NCBI RefSeq assembly: GCF_036321535.1
Contig: NC_087460.1
Location: 3,224,001-3,288,000 of the forward strand
From: Camelus dromedarius
Lineage: Eukaryota
Direction of reading: 5' to 3'
Length of the DNA: 64,000 bases
Shown here one piece after another: positions 38,760 to 52,689 of the stretch. Within the stretch, counting starts at the first letter, position 1, and each line of letters begins with the position of its first letter. The position numbers were made by a program, and so were the translations under genes. The notes below the pieces were generated by a model. It did no database searches. It had not been told where the DNA came from and was given only the letters and a program-made list of their open reading frames with translations.

Positions 38760-39600
38760 GGGCCACAACGAGCGAAGAGAGAGGCCAGGGCAGGAGAAAG
38801 GACCACGTGGCAATGAAAGGCTATTGAAAGGTCTTAAATCTGGCCAGGTGGGTGTTTCAGGGGGCTCACGCTGGTTGCAACATGGAGAACCAATAGGAAA
38901 GAGTCGGCAGTGTAAGGAGGACAAGTTAGAAAATAATTATTGTGGTAACACAGGTGAGAGGTGTAGTGGCCTGGTGGCAGGTGGTGGCACTGGCAGAGGA
39001 TAGGAGTGGATGCATTTAAGAGAGATTCTGGATCTAGAACCATGGGATTTTCTGTTTGATTGTGAAAAAAAAGGAACAAGAATGATGTCTGGTGAGGGGG
39101 GCAGGTATAGCTCAGTGGTAGAGTGCAAGCTTAGCATGCATGAGGTCCTGGGTTCAGTCCCCAGTACCTCCATTAAAATAAATAAACCTATTACCCCCCC
39201 CAAAAAAAACCCAAAGACAAACAAACAAATCATAAAAAAGTAAAATATTAAAAAAAAAAAAGAATGATGTCTGGGTTTCTGGCTTAGATACCAGAGTGGG
39301 ATTTGGTGTCATTAATAAGAGAGAAGACACACAAGGAGGAACAGGTGTTGGGGAGACATGCGCTCTACTTTGACCATGTTGCACCTAAGGTTCCAGCACT
39401 CCCGAATGGAAATTTCTAGTGGATGATTGGATTTCAAAGAAAGAGAAATTTGTGTTAAAAATACATATTTTGGAGTCATTGGCAGGTCATAGTAAAGCCA
39501 CAAGGGAGGTTAAGATCCCTAAGGAAGAGTCTATAGGGTGAGAGCAGAAAAGGGTCCAGGACAGAGCCCATCGGGATGAGGAGAAGAGATGACATTGCAA
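38760..39600 (-). mobile_element. L2 LINE remnant carrying a SINE insertion
   Basis: Purine-rich antisense L2 phrases such as tttggagtcattggcag and ggtccaggacagagcc. Confidence 0.65.
39093..39259 (+). mobile_element. tRNA-Ala-derived camelid SINE, long form with TSD
   Basis: Intact A and B boxes, tail aaataaacctattacccccc, A-rich end. Perfect 15-bp TSD aagaatgatgtctgg at 39078-39092 and 39260-39274. Confidence 0.95.
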
Positions 39601-39685
39601 GTCAATCCAAGAAAAGTCAGAAGAGAAGGAAGGAAACCAGCAGAAAACTGGAGTGTGGTTTCCTGGGCTCCAGGGAGAGGTGTGC

Positions 39686-39997
39686 TTTTTGAAGTAGAGT
39701 CAGTTTGCAGTGTTGTGTCAATTTCAGGCGTGCAGCACAGTGCTTCAGTCGTACATGGACAGACACAGATTCCTTTTCATATTCTTTTTCATTATAGGTT
39801 ACTACAGGATAGTGAATATAGTTCCCTGTGCTGTGCAGAGGACCTTGTTGTTTATCTAGTACATATGCGGTAGTTAGTATCTGCAAATCTCAAACTCCCA
39901 ATTTATCCCTTCCCACCCCTTTCCCCCCAAGAACCATAAGTTTGTTTACTATGTCTGTGAGTCTGTTTCTGTTTTGTAGATGAGTTCATTTGTGTCT
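39686..39997 (-). mobile_element. L1 3' end running into an assembly gap
   Basis: Reverse complement of the shared L1 3'UTR. Confidence 0.9.
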
Positions 39998-40189
39998 NNN
40001 NNNNNNNNNNNNNNNNNNNNNNNNNNNNNNNNNNNNNNNNNNNNNNNNNNNNNNNNNNNNNNNNNNNNNNNNNNNNNNNNNNNNNNNNNNNNNNNNNNNN
40101 NNNNNNNNNNNNNNNNNNNNNNNNNNNNNNNNNNNNNNNNNNNNNNNNNNNNNNNNNNNNNNNNNNNNNNNNNNNNNNNNNNNNNNNNN
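39998..40189. other. Assembly gap (192 N)
   Basis: Run of n characters. Confidence 1.
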
Positions 40190-40289
40190 TCTAGATGACG
40201 AGAATTTTTATTCAGATACCCATCAGATTATTTATTACCTTTATCATTTTTTAAATTTAAAAATTCTTAATCCTAGAATTTCAGTATTT

Positions 40290-42360
40290 TCTAAAAACCT
40301 ACAGTAACATCATACTTAATAGTCAAACATTGAACACTTGCCTCTAAGAGCAGGAAAATGTGTGTCCACTCTCACCACTTCTATTTAACATTATAAGGGA
40401 GGTCATAGTAAGTACAAGAAGGCAAGAAAAGGAAATAAAATATGTAAGTATTGGAAAAGATAAAGTAAAATTTTATCTATGACAGCATACCTAGAAAATC
40501 TAAAGAAATCTGAATACAAACTGCTGTAACCAACAAGCACGGGAATTTAGCAAGGCTACTGGTCAACATACACAAAGCAACTGTATCTGCATGTGCTATA
40601 TTTATAGATATTATGTGTCCATATTTTCCATATATTAGCAGGGAATAATTGGGAGTTAAAACTAAAAAGCAGTCTCATTTACCACAGCATTAAAAGCATA
40701 AAATTCCTGGGAACAAATCTAACAAGATATGTGAAAGCACCTTATGCTGATAGTTTTCAGGTATTTCTGAGGAAAAAATAAAAGCAGACCTGAATCACTG
40801 CAGAGATGCCGTGTCCGTGGGTGAGGGTGCTCACTGTTGCTGCCAGATCGTCCCACACTGATCTCTAGAGCCAGTGCGATCCCAACCAAAACCCCAGCAG
40901 CCCTTTTGAAGAAACCGACCTGCTCATTCTAAGTTGTACATGCACTGACAAGGCAATCTTAGGGAAGACAGAAAAACTGGAGAACTTACACTGCCATATT
41001 TCAGAAAAATATAAATCTATAGAAATAAGACAGCATAGTATTGTCATAACAAATAGCAGAGTAGAGCAGAGAATTCTGGAAATAAAACCACACAAATACA
41101 GTCGCTTGATTTTTGACAAAGATGCTAACGTAATTCAACAAGGGAAGAAAGAACTTTTCAATCAATGGTGCTGGAGCAACTGGATACACGAAACGTGACC
41201 ATTATTTCATGCCATTCACGAAAGTTGGTTTAAGATGAATCATAAAACCATGCATGACTTGCTAAACCAGAGCGCTTCTAGAAGGTGCACAGGAAAACAC
41301 CTTCATGACTTCGGAGTAAGAAAATATTTTTTTAAACAGGATGCAAAAAGTACTAAGGCTAAAATTTTGAACTTTATCAAAATTCAACACGTGTGCTCTC
41401 AAAAGACACCTAAAAAGTGAAAAAGGCAAGTCACGGACCAAGAGGAAATATTCACAATACATGGATCTGAGAAAGGACACATATCCAAAACGCATTAAAA
41501 AAAAATCCTACAAAATAACATGAAAAAGGCAAAACATACAATTTTTAAATGGACAAAAGTCTTGAACAGGAACTTCATGAAAGATGATATTCAAGGGGCC
41601 AATAAACATTTGAAAAGGCGCTCAGTAAGCCACAAGGCAACTCCTTATCTTTATAAAATTAAGATCACCATTAAAATTATGACTACCTATTCGTCGAGAC
41701 ACTCTCACAAAGCACAGAGTGGGAGAAGATGTTTGAATAATATAAGCAAAAAGATTAGTATCCAAAACTCAAACATTCTTTCGTATCAGTGGGAAGAAGG
41801 CAAATATTTCCCCCCCAAAAAATTAACAAAATTAATGCAGAAAAATTTCACAGAAAGTAAGGCCCCAATGCTCCATACGTATATGAAACTGTCTTCAACT
41901 ATTAGTAAGCAGGGAAATGCAAGCATACTTTTCAGACTCACCCGATGAGCAAGGATTCTGCCAGTTGCAAGGATTAGTGGGGACGGAATTACCCTGCGTT
42001 GCTGATGGGAATGTGAAATGGCGTAATCACTATGGGAAATGACTTGGTTTTCGCACATGTGCGCCAGGAGATTTTCACAAGAATGTTGTTTATAGTGATA
42101 TTCTCCATAAAAGAAAAACAAAATGTAAGCATACCAAATGTCCATCAACAGCAGAGTGGAGAAGTCACCTGCGGTAGAGTCAGGCACAGAGACACTCCGG
42201 TGGTTAAAGAAAATCTGTGAACTGGAGCTCTGCACGTCAGCAGGGTGGACATCTCCAAATGTGACATCGGGCCAAAGAAACAAGGCACAGACTGCGTCCG
42301 ACAGGATTCTACTTCCATAAGGTAAAATAAATAGACAAGAATTCAAGTGACTTGTAGTCC
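40290..42360 (+). mobile_element. Old L1M ORF2 remnant(s)
   Basis: A-rich sequence with phrases such as ggaatttagcaagg, ttgatttttgacaaagatgc and tggacaaaagtcttgaacagg. The frame is heavily disrupted. Confidence 0.8.
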
Positions 42361-42786
42361 TACTGAGGAAGCAAAATCTTTAAAGAAAAGGAAAAACAAT
42401 TAGCTCAAAATTTGCTCTGAGTGAGGACAGAGGAGATACGCAACCGGGGAAGGGCGTGTGAGCCCCTCTGAGCCACGAAAATGTTCCATTTCTTGCCTTA
42501 GATGGTGAGCACGTAAGAGTCTATTCTACTATTTTCCTTAAAAGTTGTACAAATGTTTTTTCTTGCATTCCTTTGTTTTCTACCAGTTCACAACTTAAAG
42601 AAGTAGCATGATTCACATTACTAACCTCTGACTTTGTGAGCTCTGTGTTGTACCTCATCATCCACAGTCTATAGTTTCTGAAAAGCTGGATGTAAACTAA
42701 TTTTTTTAAAGGATTATCATTTTCTGTTGCTTTGTGAAACTGTTTCAAACAGAAAACATCTCAATTTTGCACTGATCCCCAGTGGG

Positions 42787-42985
42787 TGTGATGGTTAGTT
42801 GTGTGTCAGCTTGGCTAAACTATGGGACCCAGACGTTTAATCCAACACTAATCTAGGTGTTGCTATGAAGGTATTTTATAGATATGGTTAGCATCTACAA
42901 CCAGCTGACTTCAAGTAAAATAAATTACATTTGATAATGTAGGTGGGCCTCGTCCAATCAGTTGAAGACGGTAAGGGCGAAAATT
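42787..42985 (+). mobile_element. MLT2 (ERVL) LTR 5' fragment
   Basis: tgtgatggttag...gtgtcagcttggctaaactatgg...ctaatctaggtgttgctatgaaggtatttt...taggtgggcctcgtccaatcagttgaag. Confidence 0.8.
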
Positions 42986-43933
42986 TTCAATGTTAATGCT
43001 ACTGAAAGACACAAAAGAAGATTTAACCATGCAAAGGCATACCATGTCCCCGAATTCTCAGCATCATAAACCTGTCAAGGCAATTCATCTGTAAATTTAA
43101 TGTCATCCCAATAAAAATACCAAAAGGGTATTTCTACCCTTTGTTTTCTGAGCATATAATTTTTTTAATGGTGGGTTAATATCATACCATGTATGATTTT
43201 GATTGTTTCCTTTAATATTACATAATGAATATTTTCCATTGCAAAATGTATTCTTGTAATACAGATTTCCAACTTCTTACTGACGCAGAACTGAGATTAC
43301 ATTGATGCTTCCATTTCATTTTACGTCCCGTAGGCAGCACCTTCTCAGAAAGAGATACATTTACAGCTGACATGGGTTAGCAGTGCCCAGCGTCTTCTGG
43401 CCTGTTTAGGAAGAAAGGTACTGGATAATCTCAGGGCCCTTCCTTATGCGCTGTGATACTGGCTGGGAGAGAGAGACAGAAGCGAGTACACACTTCCTAG
43501 TGGGAGCCACCAAGTGGCAGAGCGGGTGGAAAACGTTAGCAATCACCCAAGAAGGTGCACAGACCTCCCAGGACCCTGACAAGTGGTGGCCGGTGGCCCA
43601 GCAGGCTCACGGACCCAAGAACCAAGGCTACTGAGAGTGCACCCCAATTCTCCACCGTGCCCCGGAGTCATATTTGCTATCCATGAGCACCCTTCTAACC
43701 CAAGGAATAGATTTAATGTACACATTTAAGTGCCTGCTAAGTGACAATAATCTGCTAGACACTAGGAATCAAAGATGGTCAAAATACATGTTCTTGAGTT
43801 TCTACTCTGATAGAAAACTCCCTGTGGGAGCAATGGGAGCTGGAGGAGGGGGAAGATCCACCTGCCTGGGGGCATCAACCAGGCTGAGCCAAACCTGTCT
43901 GTCCAGCATTAGAAGGTAAGTGCCTTTGCAGGT

Positions 43934-44238
43934 AAGTTCATTTACAAACCAGAAACAGACTCACAGACGTAGAAAACAAACTATGGCTACCAGAGGGGGA
44001 AGGGGTGGGAGGAGGGATACATTCGGAGTTTGGGATTAGCAGACACACACGACTGTGTATAAAATAAACAACAAGGACCTACTGTACAGCCCAGGGAACT
44101 ATATTCAATATCTTGTAATAACCCATAATGGAAAAGAATCTGAAAAAGAATTATATATATATATAATTGAATCACCTTGCTGTACACCAGAAATTAACAC
44201 AACATTGTAAATCAACTATACTTTAACAGAGAAAAAAA
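43934..44238 (+). mobile_element. L1 3' fragment
   Basis: Shared 3'UTR ending in ttgtaaatcaactatact plus A-tail. Confidence 0.9.
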
Positions 44239-44349
44239 AGGAGGAGGAGGAGGTATGTACCTACCGTGTCCTGGGGATGCGGCAATGGAAGGCTGGAGAA
44301 TGGTTTCCACTTCATGACATTTGGCCTGCACTTTGAAAGGTGACTGCAC

Positions 44350-44900
44350 CCCCTTCTTGGGCTTTTCTCAAAAGCAGAGTCTCAGACAAACATTTATTTG
44401 GGAATGTGATCCCAGGGCACACGGAAGGGAAAACAGAGAAAAAAGGAAAGTCTCTCCGAGAATGCGCTATCCATTTGGCCACCACCAAGGGGTGATGGAT
44501 GCCAGATTCTGCAAGATTCCTCCGAGAGGCTTGTGAAATCCATCTCAGAGCTGCAGCTCTGGAGAACAAAAGGATGCAACATTTATCTTCCACCTCATCA
44601 GCCCATCGCTCAGGGGAGGTCCCACAAGTTGTGCTGGGGTGAGTGGGTTCCCCAGGGAGCCCAGGCTCTGGGGAAGGAAACAGGAGGTGAGGCCGGGTGA
44701 GTGAGGTGCTGCGGGGGTGGCTGGGCAGAGCCAGGCAAAGCTCGGGCAGACCTGGTGGCTACATGGACGCAGGATTTAACAGGCAGGACCAGGAGGATTT
44801 TAATGGCTCTTAAGAGGGTTCCATAAGCCACGGAAAGGCATCCTGGTGGGTCCAGCATCCGTAGGGGAACGTGGGGTACGTGGAGGCTGAAACAGACCAG
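44350..44900 (+). mobile_element. LTR33/LTR16-like ERVL LTR remnant
   Basis: caaaagcagagtctcagacaa...tttatttgggaatgtgatcccagg. Subfamily and end point uncertain. Confidence 0.5.
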
Positions 44901-45190
44901 AGCTGGGAAGAAGCGTGGATGAGTCCTGAATCCAGGTCAGGTTCTAGTGGAAATGATGTACCTTCAGCGGAAAGATAAAATAGTGCCTACCTCCTAGTGT
45001 TGCCACATAAGGTGCCTGACACGCCCAAGTAACTGTTGATAAATGTTCATGTCCCTTCTGGATAAACCAAGTGGAGGATTCCACCAGCCCTGAGGGAGAA
45101 TTCAAGGTGAGATGAACAATTAAATTGACTTGGCTTTTCTCCAGCTGTAGTTCTTTGAAGGCTGGTGACAGTGCTCTTTTAAATTTTATA

Positions 45191-45207
45191 ACACACACAC
45201 ACACACA

Positions 45208-45251
<44 letters not shown>

Positions 45252-45261
45252 GAGAGAGAGA
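45191..45261. repeat. (AC)n microsatellite followed by (AG)n
   Basis: About 29 AC units with one AT interruption, then agagagagag. Confidence 0.97.
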
Positions 45262-46473
45262 GAAAACCCAGGGCTTAGATAATAAATGCTTAAGGGGGAC
45301 TGGCGTTTGGCTCAGTGTCTCTCATGTGCAAGGACGGAGCCGAGCACTTCACACATGCTGAAGCCTTGTAAACAGGTGACCGGTAGTTGATCATCCGTCA
45401 GCACCTGCATGGGCTAAAGAGAACGTTGTGCCCTTGTGCCTGAGTCCTGCCATCCCTCCGTGCCTGCGGGGCTGGGGTGCCTCCAGCCTCACCGAACAGG
45501 TGCTCCTCTTCGTCCTCCAAGGCTTCCCAAGGGTTAAGGACCTCCAGGTTCTTCCTGCCCCTGCACACTACCTACTTTTTCCCTCACTCCTCACTTCCTG
45601 GCAAGACTCCTTTTCAGCTGGGGTTAATCTGATTAGAGTTAAGGTGCTAATAGCTTGAACCAATGCCATTGAACAGTACCAGATAAAATCTGCATTTAAA
45701 CAGGGGCTCCCCAAGGGCCAGAGGTTGGAATGTCAACACCTGGGTAGGGTCAGAGGCGTGGGGCTTGGGGAGGGGGCCTTTCCCGACCTCTGGGCAGCCT
45801 CCCATCTTCTGTCTAGCAATCCCTTTCACTAGCACAGTGTTTTATGGTCTGCAAGGCAATTTAATAATGACTTTCCCAGTTCTTGTGAGTGTCTGTGCTG
45901 CGCTAAGCACTAATTCAAACCTGGTTTGAATCCTACTTTCATCCCTTCCCTTTCTAGTCTGTTTCTCCCAAACTATTAGCAGAAATTGTCCGCAGTAGAA
46001 TTTCTGTCACTTCTAGGTGACAGCAATGGATGGGACCTGGTATGCGTTCAAACGAGACCTTCCTCCCCTCTTTGCCGCCCTCTCTGCTGGCCCTGCACAG
46101 CTCAGTAGTGTCAGCAGCCCTGATTGGAGAAATGGCTGGAGGAATCCTCACCTTCCCTGATCTGACTCTGCCTTCGGGCCAGCTTTGATGTGGGTGTGTG
46201 TGGTCCTCGGGGATCTGTAGATGGAGCCACAGTGGCCAGCTGGGTCACGGTGAGGAGACCGAGACCCTGGGTGTAATTCACTGACTCGCTCCTGACCATT
46301 CACTGAGCGCCTGGGAAAGCTCTGGGTCCAGGACACCGAATATGGCAAAGACGAAGTCATGCCTCAGAAAGCCCCCAGTGCGTTAGGGGAGCAGGAAGGA
46401 AGGGCGGGAGAAGAGGAGAGAGCTGGGGCTAAGGGCTGGTGGGCAGTCAGTGCACTGGGGAGAACTTCACAAG

Positions 46474-46565
46474 TTTTTTTTTTTTTTAATGAAGGTACTG
46501 GGGATTGAACCCAAGACCTCATGCATGTCAAGCACACGCTCTACCACTGACCTGTACCTGCTCCC
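46474..46565 (-). mobile_element. tRNA-Ala-derived camelid SINE, short form
   Basis: T-tail followed by aatgaaggtactggggattgaaccc...gctctaccactgacc, the reverse complement of the SINE. Confidence 0.9.
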
Positions 46566-47239
46566 AACAAGGAGTTTTGACCTTGCCTCTCCTCTGCTGA
46601 GAATCACTTTCACAGACTGTTCATACTTCGCACCTGAATCCAGAGTTTCCGCTAACTGTCAGCTGTTCCACAGGTGTGTCACTGAACTTACGAGGCAGGA
46701 CAGCACAATGCTCGAGGGCCACTTCCGGTCCGCCCCTCCCCGAGCTCACGTGTTCATTCAACATACGTGTGTCGGGTGCCCGCTTGCGTCTGGCACTGTT
46801 CTAAGCCCTGGAGGGCACAGGAGGGGGGCAGGACAGATGGAACTCCTGCCTTCACGGATTTGCCCGTTATACACCTGAAACTAATATAATATTGTAAATC
46901 AACTATACTTCAATAAAAGATAAAGTAAATAAAGTGAGGGTGGTGGTTGATAGAATTCAGACAAAGCAAGCATCGTGCCCTTGAAATCACTGGCCAGATT
47001 TAGATCCAGGGCCCCTGCCTTGACTGCTGGGAAAGGAGTGTCCTGCACTGTCGGCTCCATCGTGGGAAGCAGGTTCGAAGAGTCCCAGCAAGGAAGAAGG
47101 AAGAAGAAAGACGCGGGGTGGGGACCGGTGGGCTCCACCGCACGCACGCATACGTCACCGCATTACCCAAGAGCAGACGCCCACGAGTCGTCTCTGAAAG
47201 TGTCTCCTTTCTCAGTCCATTTCCATTGATTTCCAAATG

Positions 47240-47720
47240 CTATTAATTTTGCCTCCTGCATGTCTGGCTCTTGGAGCTGCTCATTTTCCACGACTGTTAC
47301 CATCCTCACCCAGGCTGCGCTCACGTCTCCCCAGCTCAGAGACAGGTTTCCTGGCACCCATCCCTTCTCCTCCAGGCCGCTAGAATGACTCCTCCAAAAG
47401 TGACCACACCCCGCTCTGCTTCTGGCGCTTGAGTGGCTTCCTTCTGCTCCCGGGAAAACGTCCACAGTCTCTGCAAGGGTGACCAGGCCCGTGTGCTCCG
47501 TGTCTCGTTCCACACCTCTCCGCCCCTTCAGGCTCTGCATCCCACCTGCTCTGGCCTTCTTTCTGCTCCTGGACCATGCTCTCCCTCCTCTCCCTGTGGG
47601 GTCCCTGCCGGGGTGGACGCCTCCTCCACACACAGCTGTTCCCCCTCCAGCATCAGCCCCAGGTCCCCTGCTCATCCTTGGTACATGCCACCCTCCCTTC
47701 TTGTGCTCTCTCTGCCGGGG
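47240..47720 (+). mobile_element. L2 LINE remnant
   Basis: Decayed L2-like pyrimidine-rich sequence. Boundaries approximate. Confidence 0.55.
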
Positions 47721-48978
47721 TCAGATTTCCAAAGGCAAACGCTGCACCAGTTAGGAATGACATTCACCTCTAGGCCATAAAGACACCCCCTCCCAGAGAT
47801 AGTGGCTTAAATGACGGGGGGGTGAGGGGCACCAGGATGGCGGTATGGCTCTTTTCTCCCTTGAAACAAACCACCCAGGTGTGGGTGGCCAAGCCTGGTC
47901 TCAGCTTTTCCTCACGTTCACCCGAGGGCTTCCTGGGGAGCTCGGGGCATTTTCTTCCTCCAGGCGTTCCTAGTTTGATGCTACAAAGTCAATTCCCGGT
48001 GACTTTGTAGGAATGAGAATCGGTGACAGCTTCATTCCCACGTGTCCAGGGATCTGCAGGCAGATGGAAGGGAGTGTGGGACCAGAGGTGGGCTGTGTCC
48101 CCCCGGAAGCTGCTTGCCGAGATAGAACCAAGCCACGTCTGAGCAGGGGACTCGCCCCCGCCACCCGTCCTGAAGGGCCCCTCGGCGGCTGGCTCGCTGT
48201 GGTATTCTGTGATCTGATATAAGAGGCTAGAGGTCCATGAGTTCCTGACCTTATTACATCACTCACATCCAAGGCTTGACTTGAAAGTAGCAGATTAATT
48301 CCCCCGAGAGGCACATTGTCCAGAAGCCTCTGGCCCACAGGAATCTACAGAATAAAAAGTCGATATGCTAAGTGTCCAAAATGACTCTTTTCATAAACAC
48401 AAACCATGAGGAGTAGGTTGTAGATGGTCCATCCCGTAAAAAATCTCAGCACTGACCTCGCTGACCACTTTGTCTCACAGACCAGGACCCCGAGGCTCAG
48501 GGAGATGAGGGGCTTCATCCATCAGGTTGGAGGCAGAAGGATGCCTGGAGCCCGCACTTCATGTTAAACCACTCAGGATCCTCAGAGCCGTGGTGTGGGG
48601 GCCCCGATGGGAGCTGGGACCCCTTCCCCACATCTTTGCCCTCTTCTCTCCAAGGACGTGCAAAACAAAACAGAACAGCAAAACTGGAAGACGGCAGCCT
48701 CCAGCTTCCCCTGGGCAGCGTGCAGCGTTCCACATTCATCCCCACCAACTGTCTCATGAGGGTCTGTCTCAGCCCCAAGTTCAGCACACCTGTAGCTCCA
48801 GGCTTGTCAGCCAACCTGTCAATAGACGAAGTGGTCTCTCCAGGCGCCGGCTTGTACGTGGTGGCTCCTCGGCTCCCGTGGCCGCGCACAGGACGCGGGC
48901 CTGAAGCACACGGCGGCAGATGGGGGCGCGGACCCGCTCCGTGTCCAGAGAGGAAGACCCTTCAGTCCGCCTCACCCT

Positions 48979-49087
48979 GGACCCTTGTGGTGGGGGCCCC
49001 GGAGCGGGACCCGGTGGGGACCCTCGTGGTGGGGACCCTCGTGGTGGGGGCCCTGGAGCGGGACGCAGGGGGAACCCTTGTGGTGGG
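48979..49087. repeat. GC-rich compound minisatellite
   Basis: Units ggaccct(t/c)gtggtggg occur four times plus a partial, interleaved with ggccc(c/t)ggagcgggac twice. Confidence 0.85.
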
Positions 49088-49329
49088 CATCAAATGATTT
49101 CTGTTGAGTGTTTTCATCTGAAATTCAAAGTCCAAGGTTCCTGACATAATTCTTTACTTGGTAATTGCATTACTATCCAATAAAAGTTTTTATAAGTCAG
49201 TATTTCTGGATGGACTGCTTAAATGGATTAATTCATAGCACATATGTAGTAACAGCCTGTTGAGGGCCCTGTTGCAAAAAGCTTCCACCCAGATTGCTGT
49301 AATTACCACTCATTTAATGTACTCGTTCC

Positions 49330-49480
49330 GCGCCCTTTCCATCCATTATCTTTAATCCTCACAACAAACACGCAAAGGAGGCATTTAGAGTGGAAATCGT
49401 TTCCCCAAAGGCGCGCCGTTTCCTGAGCTGTGGAGACAGGATCCGAACTCGGCTCTGCCGGGTACAGGCTGCAAAGCCTC
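49330..49480 (-). mobile_element. MIR SINE
   Basis: ctttaatcctcacaacaa...ggatccgaactcggctctg. Confidence 0.65.
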
Positions 49481-52400
49481 TAGTGCGCCACCCGCTACCC
49501 TTCAGCTCTGCTGGACGTGTCTGACCTCACAAGCGTCCGCTCTGGCCTTACCGCTCTGGGAACCTGGTGGAAGGCGCGTTTTGGTTTTCCAATCCAGCTT
49601 ATGTTGTTCTGCTTTCCGGACCAGCAGGCAAGCAGCTGTCTGCCAGAGTGAGCACTTAGCAGACGCAGAGTGGGGTGCGGGAAGGACCCTCCCTTCTGCA
49701 CACAGATAGGGGGCAGGCGGTGGGCACTTGGAATATTTCCACTAGGGAGGCATCCTTAGGGCGAGAGAAGCGCTTGAAAGAAACAGGCCAAGATAAAAGG
49801 GATTTCCCGTCCCCTTTGCAGACCGTGCTCTGTTAGCACTCCCTAACACACAGAACACAGGCTGATCTTTCATGTGACAGCTTGTTTAGACAACCTCGCC
49901 TCTCTGGTGAAAAGAGTCCTGGGGTTAAGCCTCCCGTAAGGACTCTCCCACCCTCTCTTTCGGCTGGAATCACTGGAGGGGGACACAGGGACCGGTGCCA
50001 GTGTGGAGCCGGGGATGCGCAGGAAGGGAGGGGTGGGGGAGGGGAGGGGTGCAAGATTCCACCCGAGGCTAATGCACAGTTATCCATCAACCTCTGTCCT
50101 TTCTGACTCTGGGTTGTTTACAAAACCCTCACCCTCGTATGTACTGGGCTGCCTGAAACAGCCTTTGCTCCCTCGTTGAGAAGAAGGCACTGCTTTTGTT
50201 GTAGCAAAATCAAAACCCTTAACATAGCCCCCAGGTGGGACACACCCCAAAGCTGGCCCTGGGGAGGGGGGCTGCTTCCCATGTGAATTCAACACCCACT
50301 TTCTCTTAATATCCTCAAAGACGTTCTCTCTCCCCATCACCTTCTTCCCCCTACACTGTTTATGTGAATTTGTCTATTATAAGCAAGGGAAGGGGGAACA
50401 GGAAGATCACATAACTTACTGGGGTGGGTGCCCCTGATTCAAAATACAAAGCGGCGAAGGACTTGGTTTGGCAAGAAAAGCAGATTCTAAGTCATTTCAC
50501 AATGGTCTGTATCCCTGTAGGGCCTGGTCAGAGACCTTCTCAGAGGAAAACGTACTTCCTTCATCCCACATGCTCATTTGTGAGTGAGGGAGGTCGGCGG
50601 ACCTGCACCAGACAGCAGCCAAACCAGCCCACACAGCCCCTCCCGGGGGGCCGGGGCACAGATGAGCCAACTGGTCAACCTGGCGTGAGGCGCTGCGCAC
50701 CTTACCTGATCACAGGTGAGTGTTCCCTCTGCCCTTAGCGCTGGCCTCTGGTCCTCATCTCATCCCTCACACAATGGATGTATGTTCAGGGAACGCAAAC
50801 TACAGCTTTAAACAAAGCAGCTGAAGGCAGGTCCACTGCCTGCCTCCACCAGGAGACAACAAGAAATTATTAAACATTCCAAGGCTTAAATATCCTGATC
50901 AGGGACACAAATGCATCTCCACTGAACGGTGAACTTCTGAAAGTCAGAACAGCTGGGCGTGTGTGTGTCTAAATGAACTAACTCTTGTGCCTTGTGGCCC
51001 CATCTCGACCCCCACACCTTGGTTCCGGCAGCCGCGGACGTGAGCCCTGAGCGGTGGTGGGAGAGGCAGCCCTGGGCTCCCCCGAGCCTGCCCGCTGGCC
51101 AGCCGGCTCCTGCGGAGGGCGGGGAGGCCGGCTGGGCACCGGGTTCAGTGAAGCATCTCTCGCGGATTTACTTTCTGCAGGAGCTTGACCTGGCAGAACC
51201 CCAAAAGTATTTTGCCCCCAGCATGTTCTCCTTTGATTTTCATACCTTTCTGGATTTCGAGGGTAATGTAATTCGAGGGTGTCTGATTCATTGAAAACAG
51301 CTCCACAAAGTCTGGTTTGGGAGAGCTATTTGGTGACTAAGATGCCAAGGTTCCTTTTTTTTCCTTAGCGGTCTTCTGAGCCCATCTACCCCCAGCCCTA
51401 ATCCTGGCCCAAAGCTAGAGATACACAAGCCAAGTTTTAGAGGAGAGCAGAGCCAAGGCACGGCGCAGAAGTGTATCTAATCCACCAAAATGCCCCATGA
51501 GTGTTGTGCCTATTTCACAGATGGAAACACTGAGGCCCAGATGGGGCCCTACAGTTTGTAGGTGAGAGAACCGAGCTTTGAATAGGAGCCGCCTGACTCC
51601 AGGGTCCACCTTCCCCACTGCGTCACCCTGCACCCCTGGGAAGCAGGCGGCTCAGCCCCAGTGATGCCAGCCCATAGCTCCTGCTTCACTTGGCTTCCTG
51701 ACCCTGTTTCCTCATTTGGAAGCCCCCCACACCAGCAGGAATCCAGAGGGATCATCTCCCAGCTCCCCAGCAAAACAGCTCTGATTTACACTACACCATT
51801 GGCGCTGAGATCTTGCCCTGTCCTTAGCCACTGACTCTAGTGACTTGGGGAGTAGGTGGCATTTGTACTGGGCACCACAGTGCCCTGAACATCCAATCGG
51901 GGCTCAGGAGATGGGTCTGAATTGTGTCTGCTGCTCAGGGGCCGTGTCACGCCAGGCCTCTGGGTCTCCATCTGTAAAACAGGAAGATGGGGTTGCTGGC
52001 CCCCAAGACTCCTTCCTAATCTGACAATCTGCAAGGGTCAGTTGACATAACCATCTTGGTTCATGCCGCTCCCCAGGGCATCTGCAGACAGAACCAGAGG
52101 GCAGGGACTGCCGTGACAGTCAGAGGGACGTGGGTCAGAGAGAGGGACTGCCTGACAAGTGACTAAACGAAATGGGGATTAGAACTTTCCTCCTGAGGAA
52201 TATACGCCTGTCGCTCTGGCAAGGCAGGGTTTCCCTGGGAAGACAAATGTAACCTTAGGGCTTTTGAGCCTGGAAGGACACAGCTGAGAACGGACTCGAG
52301 TCTTGTGAAAAGAGGCGGCTGGGTGCGGGGTTCCAGCCTGGAGAGCAAACCTGACCCCCTCCGTGGCAGAGCTGCCAGCAGCGAACGAGATAACATCTCT

Positions 52401-52689
52401 GAAAGCATGTTGTCAGCTGTTTGGTGCCAAGGCGAGGACAAGGGATTTTCATTGTGTGCAGGAGCCAGGGCTTCTCTCTTGAGGCTTTATGGATAAATAA
52501 AGACAGCCCTGCTTTACACAGAAGGGAGGGAGCTACCCAGCTGGCGAGAATAGAGGCCGAGAAGCACTGTGAACTCCAAACAAAACTCCAAGATGATTCG
52601 TGGCTGGTAAGGGCTTTGATGTTACAGTCAAGCACAGCCCAGCCCTCGCCGCCACCACCGTCACTCCACAGACACGCTTTCCTCATTCC

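Noticed and set aside
48920-49147. Repetitive peptides GGDPRGG / PTTRV
   Set aside because: Translation of the minisatellite.
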